From NCBI GenBank assembly GCA_949295915.1, contig CASFNB010000006.1, forward strand, positions 10,541 to 74,540: a stretch of 64,000 nt of DNA. The letters are read 5' to 3'. The translations under genes and the position numbers were made by a program. The notes beneath the pieces are model-generated. The model was not told where the DNA came from, did not search any database, and saw only the letters and a program-made list of their open reading frames with translations. Origin of the DNA: an uncultured Pseudomonadota bacterium. Its GTDB lineage: Bacteria > Pseudomonadota > Alphaproteobacteria > RF32 > CAG-239. Numbering within the stretch: position 1 is the first letter of the stretch; each line of letters starts with the position of its first letter. Shown here one piece after another: positions 1 through 8,193 of the stretch.

Positions 1-1046
1 ACTTTAGAGTTCAACCAATAAGAAACCATAGAGGTCAAAATCATCAATAAGCGCATAGCAAAAATCCAAACGATGAGTCGAGCTTGAATATCAATACCGT
101 TTTGCATCATGGCAAGTTCGCCGTTCGGCATATACATCATACCGGCACCAAGAACGATAAAGCTGATAAGAGCCACACCGGTCACACCGTAAGTTTCAAA
201 ACCATCGGCAGTAGGACCAACGGAGTCGCCGGCATTATCACCGGTACAGTCGGCAATCACACCTGGATTACGCGCATCATCTTCATCGATTTTGAAAATA
301 ATTTTCATCAAATCGGCACCGATATCGGCAATTTTGGTAAAGATACCGCCGCAAATACGTAAAGCGGAAGCACCCAAAGATTCGCCGATGGCAAAACCGA
401 TAAAGCAAGCCCCTGCACTCTCACGAGAAACGAAGAGAAGGATGGCAATCATCATCACGAGTTCGACGCAAATGAGCATCACGCCGATAGACATACCGGA
501 GCGAAGCGGCAAACTCATAACGGAATAAGCTTGACCTTTAAGGGAGTCAAAAGCGGTACGAGAATTTGCATAAGTATTGATTCGCATACCGAACCAAGCC
601 ACGCAGAAAGAACCCAAAATACCCAAAATTGACCAACCTAAAATGGTGAACACTTTAGAAAGAGGAGTCTCTTGCAAACCGTAGAAATAATAAAAGATAC
701 AAGCTGCAATAAAAATTTCCAAAACCACCAAGAGTTTAGCTTGCTGTTTCATATAGGTTTTGCAGGTAGAATAAATCAAATTAGAAACATCGAGCATAGA
801 TTTATGAGCCGGAAGTTTTTTAATTTTGATAAATTCATACAAACCAAACAAAAAGCCCAATAAACAAATTCCCAAACCATAGAACAAGATTTGGGAACCC
901 GTAATTGCATAGCCGAAAATTTGATAGTCAACATCGAGCATCGGAATATTCAAGTCAATTTCCGAAGCTTGAGCTGAACCGGCAAAAGCTGTCAGAAGCA
1001 GAGCAATACTGGCAGCAAAAGCACCAATTTTTTTCAAACTCAACAT
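1..1046 (-). CDS. hppA: Membrane proton-translocating pyrophosphatase, N-terminal ~348 codons (gene continues past window start)
   Basis: My minus-strand translation from ATG at 1046 (MLSLKKIGAFAAS...) stays open to base 1. It contains H+-PPase motifs GGIFTKIADIGADL and DDARNPGVIADCTGDNAGDSVGPTADGFETY. Absent from the ORF track because there is no stop inside the window. Confidence 0.9.
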   Translation of the reverse strand, partial: MLSLKKIGAFAASIALLLTAFAGSAQASEIDLNIPMLDVDYQIFGYAITGSQILFYGLGICLLGFLFGLYEFIKIKKLPAHKSMLDVSNLIYSTCKTYMKQQAKLLVVLEIFIAACIFYYFYGLQETPLSKVFTILGWSILGILGSFCVAWFGMRINTYANSRTAFDSLKGQAYSVMSLPLRSGMSIGVMLICVELVMMIAILLFVSRESAGACFIGFAIGESLGASALRICGGIFTKIADIGADLMKIIFKIDEDDARNPGVIADCTGDNAGDSVGPTADGFETYGVTGVALISFIVLGAGMMYMPNGELAMMQNGIDIQARLIVWIFAMRLLMILTSMVSYWLNSK

Positions 1047-1262
1047 ATAAAATTTCCTTATATAATTGAAACTATTTTTCATATAACGGAACATGGGTCA
1101 ACACAAGACTCAGATTCGTTTTCGTTATGGTTAAGATGTTACGCTCAAGATTCTAAAGATTCAATTAATTATTCTGTTTAATAAAATTTTAAGCAGAAAA
1201 AATATATCTGTTCAAATAAAGAAAAATAAGGTATAATTAAATTTGCTTTGAGGAGAAAAGAA

Positions 1263-1535
1263 ATGAAGAAATTATTACTTTTAGGCATGATTGCCCTAAT
1301 TTCCGCCTGCAGCAGCACACCGGAAACATATCCATATGGCATGAACGAAAAAGAATGGAACGAGCTTTCCATCAAAGACAAAGCAGCCATCCGTCGTGAT
1401 TTTTATTTTTATGAACGCGGCAATATGAACTTTGTTAATCCGCAATTAGAAGTGGAAGGAAAAACAGAAAGCAGTAATGTTTTTATGAAAGACAAAAAAA
1501 ATCACAAAACACCCAAACCTTTGATAGTGGATTAA
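1263..1535 (+). CDS. Small lipoprotein, unknown function
   Basis: MKKLLLLGMIALISAC lipobox signal. Start moved to the ATG at 1263 inside ORF 1248-1535. A hairpin terminator follows. Confidence 0.6.
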   Translation: MKKLLLLGMIALISACSSTPETYPYGMNEKEWNELSIKDKAAIRRDFYFYERGNMNFVNPQLEVEGKTESSNVFMKDKKNHKTPKPLIVD

Positions 1536-1538
1536 TCA

Positions 1539-1570
1539 GAAAAGGCTTTGACTAAAATCAAAGCCTTTTC
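1539..1570 (+). terminator. Hairpin terminator
   Basis: AAAGGCTTTGA / TCAAAGCCTTT stem followed by a short T-run. Confidence 0.5.
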
Positions 1571-1608
1571 TATGATAGGAAACAGCCTTAGATTAATAGG
1601 AAAAAAAT

Positions 1609-1956
1609 ATGAAAAAACACATTTTTGCTCTTTTTATAATGGTAGGAATCCTCTGTGGCTGTGATAATCAAGCTAAAATAGATAATAATAAAATTTATTT
1701 TTTCTTTTATGATGGTTGTCCTTATTGCCACTATGCCATGGAATATATCAACAAAAAATATCCCGATTTGGAAATGACCAAAGTTGATGTTTACCAAGCT
1801 GAAGGCTACAAACTTTTTGAAGCCTGCGGCGATAAGTTTAACTTGGAAAGTATCGGAACCCCGCTATTTTGCATGGGAGATAAATATATCATGGGCTGGT
1901 CTAAAAACAATGAACGCAAATTTGACCGCTTTGTAAAGCCGTTTATAAAGGAATAG
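1609..1956 (+). CDS. Thioredoxin/glutaredoxin-fold lipoprotein (CPYC motif)
   Basis: Lipobox MVGILCGC, followed by the redox motif GCPYCH in a ~100 aa domain. Confidence 0.65.
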   Translation: MKKHIFALFIMVGILCGCDNQAKIDNNKIYFFFYDGCPYCHYAMEYINKKYPDLEMTKVDVYQAEGYKLFEACGDKFNLESIGTPLFCMGDKYIMGWSKNNERKFDRFVKPFIKE

Positions 1957-2002
1957 AATGAATATCTTAAAAAGAGGCCGATAAACAGCCTCTTTTATTT
2001 TA

Positions 2003-2234
2003 TGGCGTACCCGGGGGGCTTGAGGAAGAAATAATCTCCGGTGGAGATTATTTCAACGAAAGGCGCAGATTTGTTAGTTTTGAGGCAAGTGATAACGCTG
2101 CCGATAAAGCGTTACAAATCAAGTGACCGCAGCGCAGTTTGTGAGCTTGCGAACTTACAAGCAAGAACGAACCCGGGTTCGACCATCCGGAAAGCCATGA
2201 CAAAAAAGCCGTCTTCATCAGACGGCTTTTTTTA
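2003..2234 (+). repeat. tRNA-end-associated mini-element, Arg-type unit 1 (232 bp) carrying a tmRNA-tag-like frame
   Basis: Plus-strand order is as follows. TGGCGTACCCGGGGGG copies the last 16 nt of the adjacent tRNA-Arg. A 12-bp hairpin lies at 2028-2054. A start-less frame reads ...RRRFVSFEASDNAADKALQIK-TGA (tag-like part 2085-2126). Then come a hairpin holding the stop codon, a GCTTG-N8-CAAGC hairpin, a T-arm/acceptor mimic CCCGGGTTCGACCATCCGGAAAGCCA, and a hairpin with A/T runs at 2202-2233. Confidence 0.85.
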
Positions 2235-2466
2235 TGGCGTACCCGGAGGGCTTGAGGAAGAAATAATCTTCGGCGAAGATTATTTCAACGAAAGGCGCAG
2301 ATTTGTTAGTTTTGAGGCAAATGATAACGCTGCCGATAAAGCGTTACAAATCAAGTGACCGCAGCGCAGTTAGTGAGCTTGCGAACTTACAAGCAAGAAC
2401 GAACCCGGGTTCGACCATCCGGGAAGCCATAACAAAAAAGCCGTCTTCATCAGACGGCTTTTTTTA
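2235..2466 (+). repeat. tRNA-end-associated mini-element, Arg-type unit 2 (232 bp)
   Basis: Near-identical to 2003-2234 with an exact 232 bp period. Begins TGGCGTACCCGGAGGG. Tag-like frame at 2317-2358 reads ANDNAADKALQIK-TGA. Directly abuts the CCA end of tRNA-Arg. Confidence 0.85.
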
Positions 2467-2543
2467 TGGCGTACCCGGGGGGATTCGAACCCACGACCCT
2501 CGGCGTCGGAGGCCGATACTCTATCCAACTGAGCTACGGGTAC
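2467..2543 (-). tRNA. tRNA-Arg (anticodon CCG)
   Basis: Hand-folded cloverleaf: acceptor GTACCCG/CGGGTAC, D stem GCTC/GAGT, anticodon stem TCGGC/GCCGA with loop CTCCGAC, T loop TTCGAAT, encoded CCA. One U-C mismatch in the T stem. Confidence 0.9.
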
Positions 2544-2718
2544 ATCAAACAAACACCATACTCTTACACCGCTTTAACACACTTTTCCAGCAAAATTTTG
2601 CACTTTTTCGCACCTTTACTCCTCATTTTACAAAATTTCACTTGACTATTTGTCTAAATCTATGTATTAACAAGCAACAAGTTCTGTTCAAAAGATAAAA
2701 TTTAAGGAAAAAATAACA

Positions 2719-2997
2719 ATGGCTAAAAAGTGTGATATTTCAGGCACCGGCGTTATGAGCGGCAACAATGTCAGCCACGCTAACAATAGAACCCGTCGTC
2801 GTTTCTTGCCTAACTTACAAGTTGTTTCACTCTTAAGTGAAAAACTTAACCGAATTTTCAAATTGAAAGTTTGCTCAAAAACTTTGCGTTCTATTGAACA
2901 CAATGGCGGTTTGGATGCTTATTTAGAATCCACCTCTAACAGCAAATTGAGCGATGAAGCTATCAAAATCAAAAAAACTATTGCTAAAGCAAAATAA
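2719..2997 (+). CDS. rpmB: 50S ribosomal protein L28
   Basis: MAKKCDISGTGVMSGNNVSHANNRTRRRFLPNLQ matches the conserved L28 N-terminus. Terminator follows. Confidence 0.9.
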   Translation: MAKKCDISGTGVMSGNNVSHANNRTRRRFLPNLQVVSLLSEKLNRIFKLKVCSKTLRSIEHNGGLDAYLESTSNSKLSDEAIKIKKTIAKAK

Positions 2998-3022
2998 TAA
3001 TCAGGCTTCATAAAAAAGTTTC

Positions 3023-3055
3023 AAATACCTTCTCTTTTGAGAAGGTATTTTTTTA
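3023..3055 (+). terminator. Rho-independent terminator after rpmB
   Basis: ATACCTTCTC / GAGAAGGTAT stem followed by T7. Confidence 0.75.
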
Positions 3056-3153
3056 TCCCCGATATCCACAAACCTCTATGTAGAATTTAGATTGTATTTA
3101 ATGTTTTTTTTGTTTATAAAATCAGCAGCCAATAATTTAATTGAAAGAAGACC

Positions 3154-4635
3154 ATGGATACCGCTATTGACGTCAGCAAACTTCCGCAAAGCATTGAAGC
3201 CGAACAAGCCCTGTTAGGCGCTATTTTAGCCAACAACAAAGCTTATGAAAAAGTTTCTGAATTCTTAAAACCGCAACATTTTGCCGATTCGACTCATGCC
3301 AAAATTTTTGAGGTAATCTCCAAGCTCATCACCCGCGGTCATGTTGCCGATGTTATTACCTTAAAAAACTATTTTGAGCAGGAAGGCACATTAAATGAAG
3401 TCGGCGGGCATCAATATTTGGTCAAATTGGCAGACAGCGCCACACCTTTAACCAACGCCGAATACTATGCGCAATTTATTTATGACAAATATCTGCGCCG
3501 CGAGCTGATAGCTACCGGTTTTGATATTGTAAATGACGCCAGCAAAGAAGACATCGATTCGGATGCCATGGAGCAAATCGAGTCGGCCGAAAAAAAACTA
3601 TTTGAGCTTGCCAATCAAGGCGAACATCAAGGCGGCTTTGTAGATTTTGGCGAAGCTTTAAACATTTCTTTGAACAACATTGAAGAAGCTTACCAAAAAG
3701 AAGGGAAAATTTCGGGTTTACCCACGGCTCTTGATGCTTTAGATAACAAAACCGGCGGTCTGAACAACTCTGACCTAATCATTATCGCTGCCCGCCCGGC
3801 CATGGGAAAGACGGCATTAGCCACAAATATTGCCTATAACGTAGCCGATTATATGTATCACAACAAAAACATGGAACAAAGCAAAAAGGGAGTGGCTTTC
3901 TTTTCTTTGGAAATGTCTGCAGACCAGTTGGCCAGCCGTATTCTTTCCACCGTTACTCAAACCAACGCGCACAAAATGCGTACCGGAGAGTTGGATAATG
4001 CCGAATTCACACGCATTGCCGCCGCCGTAAGAGAATTAGAGAATATTCCGCTTTATATTGATGACACACCGGGGTTAACAATCAATTCCATCCGCACTCG
4101 CGCCCGTAGATTAAAAAGGAACAAAGGCTTAGGGTTAATTATCATTGATTATATTCAATTAATTATGGGAAGCGGCAGCAAAAAAACCGAAGGCAACCGC
4201 GTGCAAGAATTGTCCGAAATCTCCCGCGGCTTGAAGATTTTAGCCAAAGAGCTCAACTTACCGGTAATAGCCCTGTCGCAATTAAACCGCGGTGTTGAAC
4301 AAAGGGATGACAAACGTCCGCTCATGTCCGACTTACGTGAATCCGGTTCTATCGAGCAAGATGCGGATAGTGTTATGTTCATTTATCGTGAAAATTACTA
4401 TCTGCAAAATGAAGAACCACAACAAAAAGCCTCCGAAACACCGGAACACTTGCAAAAGCGCCATGAAGAATGGGAAGCCAGAGTCAGAGCCACGCAAAAC
4501 ATTTCTGAAGTTATTATTGGTAAAAACCGTCACGGCTCAACCGGAACCATTCAACTTTTCTGGAACGGTGAATTTACCCAATTCGGCAACTTGGCAAAAG
4601 AAGAATATTTACCGGACCAAATCGGAGCTGAATAG
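3154..4635 (+). CDS. dnaB: Replicative DNA helicase DnaB
   Basis: LPQSIEAEQALLGAIL N-terminus, Walker A ARPAMGKTALA, and the IIIDYIQLI and SGSIEQDADSVMFIYR motifs. Confidence 0.95.
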   Translation: MDTAIDVSKLPQSIEAEQALLGAILANNKAYEKVSEFLKPQHFADSTHAKIFEVISKLITRGHVADVITLKNYFEQEGTLNEVGGHQYLVKLADSATPLTNAEYYAQFIYDKYLRRELIATGFDIVNDASKEDIDSDAMEQIESAEKKLFELANQGEHQGGFVDFGEALNISLNNIEEAYQKEGKISGLPTALDALDNKTGGLNNSDLIIIAARPAMGKTALATNIAYNVADYMYHNKNMEQSKKGVAFFSLEMSADQLASRILSTVTQTNAHKMRTGELDNAEFTRIAAAVRELENIPLYIDDTPGLTINSIRTRARRLKRNKGLGLIIIDYIQLIMGSGSKKTEGNRVQELSEISRGLKILAKELNLPVIALSQLNRGVEQRDDKRPLMSDLRESGSIEQDADSVMFIYRENYYLQNEEPQQKASETPEHLQKRHEEWEARVRATQNISEVIIGKNRHGSTGTIQLFWNGEFTQFGNLAKEEYLPDQIGAE

Positions 4636-5069
4636 TGACAAAAGATTTTTGGCAACATAAGAAATTATCCGAGTTTTCAGAAGCCGAATGGGAAAGCATT
4701 TGCTGCCGTTGCGGTCGTTGCTGCCTGATAAAACTGCAAGATGAAGATAGTGATGAAGTTTATTACACAGACTTAGTCTGCCGCTATTTTAATCATGAAA
4801 ACTGCACCTGTACAGAGTATCAAAATCGCTGCAAACTGGTACCCGAATGTTTAAAACTAGATAAGGATAATGTTGATAAAATCAGCTGGATGCCGAAAAA
4901 CTGCGCTTATCGTTGGTTATCTGAAAAAGGTATCTTGCCGCCATGGCATCCGCTGATAACGGGCAAGCCCTTAGAAGAACAACATAGCATCAAAAACCGC
5001 TGCATTTCTGAAACTCTTGTCCCCGAAGAAGAATGGGAAGACCATATTTTGGAGGATGAAGAACCATGA
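4635..5069 (+). CDS. ycgN: UPF0260 (YcgN-like) cysteine-rich protein, copy 1
   Basis: FWQHKKLSEFSEAEWESICCRCGRCCL ... CAYRWL ... PPWHPLITG closely follows the E. coli YcgN pattern. Confidence 0.8.
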   Translation: MTKDFWQHKKLSEFSEAEWESICCRCGRCCLIKLQDEDSDEVYYTDLVCRYFNHENCTCTEYQNRCKLVPECLKLDKDNVDKISWMPKNCAYRWLSEKGILPPWHPLITGKPLEEQHSIKNRCISETLVPEEEWEDHILEDEEP

Positions 5070-5575
5070 GTTCGGACAATAAAAAATTTGCCTCGGAAGA
5101 ATATGATCCGCAAAGCCGCTTTGACCATCTTGACCGATTCGAACCCGAATTTTGGAAAAAGAAAAAACTGGAAGAAATGAGCAAAGAAGAATGGGAATTG
5201 CTTTGCGACGGTTGCGGAAAATGTTGCTTGAACAAAATTGAAATTAAGGGCAAAATTAAATTTACCAACACGCGCTGCCGATTCTTAGATTGTAAAAATT
5301 GCTTATGCCGCATCTATGAGCATCGCTTTGAAAAAGTTTCCGATTGTCGCGATATTGACATAAAGGCTATCAGAGAAAAACCACGTTGGTTACCGAAAAC
5401 CTGTGCTTATTGGTTGCTTGACAACGGCTATGACTTACCTTCTTGGCATCCGTTAATCACAGGAAAAGCCAAGAGCGTGCATGAAGCCAAAATGTCTTTG
5501 CAAGGACGCGAAACCGTATCTGAAACGGGAATAGAAGACTATGAAAATTACGTTATTGACTGGCAAGACCTTTGA
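5066..5575 (+). CDS. UPF0260 (YcgN-like) protein, copy 2 (tandem paralog)
   Basis: FWKKKKLEEMSKEEWELLCDGCGKCCL ... CAYWLL ... PSWHPLITG ... IDWQDL. ATGA overlap with copy 1. Confidence 0.8.
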   Translation: MSSDNKKFASEEYDPQSRFDHLDRFEPEFWKKKKLEEMSKEEWELLCDGCGKCCLNKIEIKGKIKFTNTRCRFLDCKNCLCRIYEHRFEKVSDCRDIDIKAIREKPRWLPKTCAYWLLDNGYDLPSWHPLITGKAKSVHEAKMSLQGRETVSETGIEDYENYVIDWQDL

Positions 5576-6251
5576 TATTCAAGCCGCATTGAATATGGAT
5601 ATCAAAATCATCAAATCGCCAAAGGCCAAACGCTTGACCTTGCGAATTGATACCAAAGAGCATTTGCCGATTTTAACGATTCCCAGCCGTTGCAGTGCCA
5701 AAAGAGCGGTTGAATTTGTAGAAATGCACCGTACATGGCTGGAAGAAAATTTAGAAAAAATTCCGGTAGCCAAACGTTTTGAAAATGGCGAGATTATTTC
5801 CATCATGGGCAAAGAATACACCATCAATCATTGTCCGCAAAAACGCTGCGGTGTTTTGATAAATGAAAACACTCTGATTGTATCCGGTGCAAAAGAATTT
5901 ATGCATCGCCGCATTTGCGATTTCATTAAAAAAAATGCAAAAGAAGAGCTATTCAAAAAATCTAAAATTTTGGCAGCCAAAATCGGTTGTCACGTTAACT
6001 CAGTCAGCATCAAAGACACCAAATCTCGCTGGGGAAGCTGCTCAAGTCTCGATAACATAAACTACAACTGGCGTATTAGTTTAGCCCCCAAATATGTTAT
6101 CGATTATCTGGTAGCCCATGAAGTTTCACACCTTCTGCACCAAGATCATTCAAGAGAATTTTGGCAATGCGTCAAAAAACTTTGCCCCAATGCAGCCAAA
6201 GGCAGATTATGGCTCAAAAATCACGGCAAAGAATTATACCTATATGAATAA
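5541..6251 (+). CDS. YgjP-like (DUF45/M48-type) metal-dependent hydrolase
   Basis: C-terminal HEVSHLLHQDHSREFW zinc-binding HExxH signature typical of this family. Confidence 0.75.
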   Translation: MKITLLTGKTFDIQAALNMDIKIIKSPKAKRLTLRIDTKEHLPILTIPSRCSAKRAVEFVEMHRTWLEENLEKIPVAKRFENGEIISIMGKEYTINHCPQKRCGVLINENTLIVSGAKEFMHRRICDFIKKNAKEELFKKSKILAAKIGCHVNSVSIKDTKSRWGSCSSLDNINYNWRISLAPKYVIDYLVAHEVSHLLHQDHSREFWQCVKKLCPNAAKGRLWLKNHGKELYLYE

Positions 6252-6320
6252 GGATGGTTGATTTTTGCCAAAACTTTCCCTATATTATTTTTTAGAACAA
6301 TTAAACAGGAGAAAATATCT

Positions 6321-7037
6321 ATGGAAACTAAAGTAAATACACAAGCCAAAACTTATGTTGATGAAGGCTTGCGTCAATATATGCTCAAAATTTACAACTA
6401 CATGACCGGAGGTCTTTGCTTGACCGCTTTAGCGGCTTATTTAGTTGCAAACACCTCCCTCATCCGTTTATTTTTCAACATAACACCGCAAGGTGTAAGC
6501 ATGAGCGGCTTAGGCTGGTTATTCTTGTTTGCCCCCTTGCTTATGGTTTTTGCCTTTGGTTGGGTTTTGCAACGCGGAACTCTGCCACAAGTTCAAGCCA
6601 TGTTCTGGGGCTTTTCTGCCGTTATGGGCATTTCCTTAACCCCGATTTTGATGGCTTACACCGGCGCCAGCGTCACCAGAGTTTTCTTGATTACTGCCGC
6701 TATGTTCGGCGGCATGAGCTTATACGGCTACACCACGAAAAAAGACTTGAGTGCCATGGGCTCATTCTTGATTATGGGTGTTTGGGGCTTGATTGTGGCT
6801 TCTATCATTAACATCTTTTTCCAAAGTCCGGGCTTAAGCTATGCCGTATCTGTTATCGGTGTTTTAATTTTCACCGGTTTAACCGCTTATGACACACAAG
6901 CCGTTCGCCAAATTTATTACAGCGCAGATAATGAAGATACGATGTCACGCAAAGCCATTGCCGGTGCTTTGAACTTGTACATGGACTTCATTAACATGTT
7001 CATCTATCTTTTGCGCTTGATGGGTGATCGCCGTTAA
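6321..7037 (+). CDS. Bax inhibitor-1/YccA family membrane protein
   Basis: LRQYMLKIYNYM N-terminus, seven hydrophobic segments, C-terminal LLRLMGDRR. Start set at ATG 6321, preceded by AGGAG, rather than ORF-track start 6258. Confidence 0.8.
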   Translation: METKVNTQAKTYVDEGLRQYMLKIYNYMTGGLCLTALAAYLVANTSLIRLFFNITPQGVSMSGLGWLFLFAPLLMVFAFGWVLQRGTLPQVQAMFWGFSAVMGISLTPILMAYTGASVTRVFLITAAMFGGMSLYGYTTKKDLSAMGSFLIMGVWGLIVASIINIFFQSPGLSYAVSVIGVLIFTGLTAYDTQAVRQIYYSADNEDTMSRKAIAGALNLYMDFINMFIYLLRLMGDRR

Positions 7038-7239
7038 TAAGGAACAAAAAAAATAAAAAAGAAGGGCTTAAATCAAAAATTTAAGTCCTTTTTTTATTGA
7101 CTTTGATTGGATTTAAATTTATAAAACGAGTGTTCTGAATAATCAGAGCACTAATTCCGAGAGGCTCTCCAAGATAAGAAGAGCCTTTAAATAATAAATA
7201 ACAATCGGCGGAACAATCCGCCTCAACCGGAGAAAAAAA

Positions 7240-7374
7240 ATGAAACGTACTTATCAACCGAGCAAATTGGTTAGAGCTCGCCGTCACGGCTTCCGTACTC
7301 GTATGGAAACCAAAGGTGGTCGCAAAGTCTTGGCAGCACGTCGTGCAAGAGGTCGTAAAAGACTTTCAGCCTAG
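7240..7374 (+). CDS. rpmH: 50S ribosomal protein L34
   Basis: My translation: [44 protein letters not shown]. Too short for the ORF track. Precedes rnpA as in most bacteria. Confidence 0.95.
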   Translation: MKRTYQPSKLVRARRHGFRTRMETKGGRKVLAARRARGRKRLSA

Positions 7375-7386
7375 TCTGGAACCATT

Positions 7387-7755
7387 ATGGTAGAAGTTTT
7401 TATCTTAAAAAAGAGAAAAGATTTCGTTAGAGTCGCCTCTAAGGGATTAAAGGTTGTTACATCCGGCTTAATCCTGCAGGCGGCTCTCAGTTTATCTGCG
7501 CCAGAAAACACCTGCCACATTGGCTATACTGCCACCAAAAAATTGGGCAAAGCCCATATCCGAAATCGCACCAAAAGAAGATTGCGCGCTGCCGTCCGCG
7601 AAGTTTTCCCGCAAACAGCATTAAGCGGTGTGGATTATGTCTTAATCGGTAGATACAATACCGCCACCTGCGATTTTCAAAAACTCAAACAAAACATGCA
7701 AAATGCTCTTGAACAAATCAACCTTCAACTGCAAGCAAAGAAAACCGCCAAATGA
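7387..7755 (+). CDS. rnpA: Ribonuclease P protein component
   Basis: Position after rpmH. Basic protein with [17 protein letters not shown] motif. Confidence 0.85.
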   Translation: MVEVFILKKRKDFVRVASKGLKVVTSGLILQAALSLSAPENTCHIGYTATKKLGKAHIRNRTKRRLRAAVREVFPQTALSGVDYVLIGRYNTATCDFQKLKQNMQNALEQINLQLQAKKTAK

Positions 7756-8009
7756 CCGAAATCATCAAAAAAATATTGATTTTGCTGGTCAGATTTTATC
7801 AAAAATTTCTCTCTCCGCTATGCCCGGGAGTTTGTCGCTACCAACCGACATGCTCGCAATATATGATAGAAGCCATTGAAAAGCATGGAATTTTTAAGGG
7901 AGTATGGCTTGGTTGCAAACGCTTAATGCGTTGTCATCCATGGGGCGGCAGCGGTTATGATCCCGTCCCGCCGACAAAAGCAAAGAAAAGCAAGCATAAC
8001 CCAAGATAA
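7752..8009 (+). CDS. yidD: Membrane protein insertion efficiency factor YidD
   Basis: [31 protein letters not shown] signature. ATGA overlap with rnpA. Confidence 0.9.
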   Translation: MTEIIKKILILLVRFYQKFLSPLCPGVCRYQPTCSQYMIEAIEKHGIFKGVWLGCKRLMRCHPWGGSGYDPVPPTKAKKSKHNPR

Positions 8010-8138
8010 ACCCTTGCTTTACGCAAATAAATCCACTAAATTATGGGAAATTAAATAGGAATATGTAAGAAAATAAATTTACATACAAAATTGCTCGCCG
8101 CGCGTCGGTTAAACTTTCTTTAATTGACGTGCTGCGCC

Positions 8139-8189
8139 GGAAGTTTTTGACGACGTGTACATTTAAAGGTACACGAGGAGAAAATTTCC
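8139..8189. repeat. Palindromic element copy PE1 (core CGTGTAC-N8-GTACACG flanked by GGAAGTTTTT / AAAATTTCC)
   Basis: Nested inverted repeat immediately upstream of the yidC start. Same family as the copies at 56.5-57.0 kb and 59.8 kb. Confidence 0.7.
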
Positions 8190-8193
8190 AAGC

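Noticed and set aside
2003-2466. Calling the repeat units canonical tmRNA (ssrA) genes
   Set aside because: The acceptor-like pairing lacks the G3-U70 alanine identity pair. The 3' ends are GCCA (Arg type) or have no CCA (Gly type) rather than ACCA. The T loop is not a standard 7-nt loop. The units are much shorter than typical tmRNA, occur in several copies, and have no obvious promoter on the tag strand. I report them as tmRNA-like, not as ssrA.
2003-2466. CRISPR array
   Set aside because: The period is 232 bp with near-identical full units, there is no short-repeat/unique-spacer structure, and no cas genes are nearby.
2041-2698. ORF-track ORFs 2041-2358 (105 aa), 2303-2698 (131 aa) and 2370-2552 (60 aa, minus)
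   Set aside because: They run through the tandem 232-bp repeats and across tRNA-Arg, and their length is a by-product of the repeat. Only the short conserved frame ending at 2126/2358 shows coding-like conservation.
6416-6811. 131-aa alternate-frame ORF inside the BI-1/YccA gene
   Set aside because: It overlaps a well-supported membrane-protein frame, and its sequence is R/H/L-rich with no motif.
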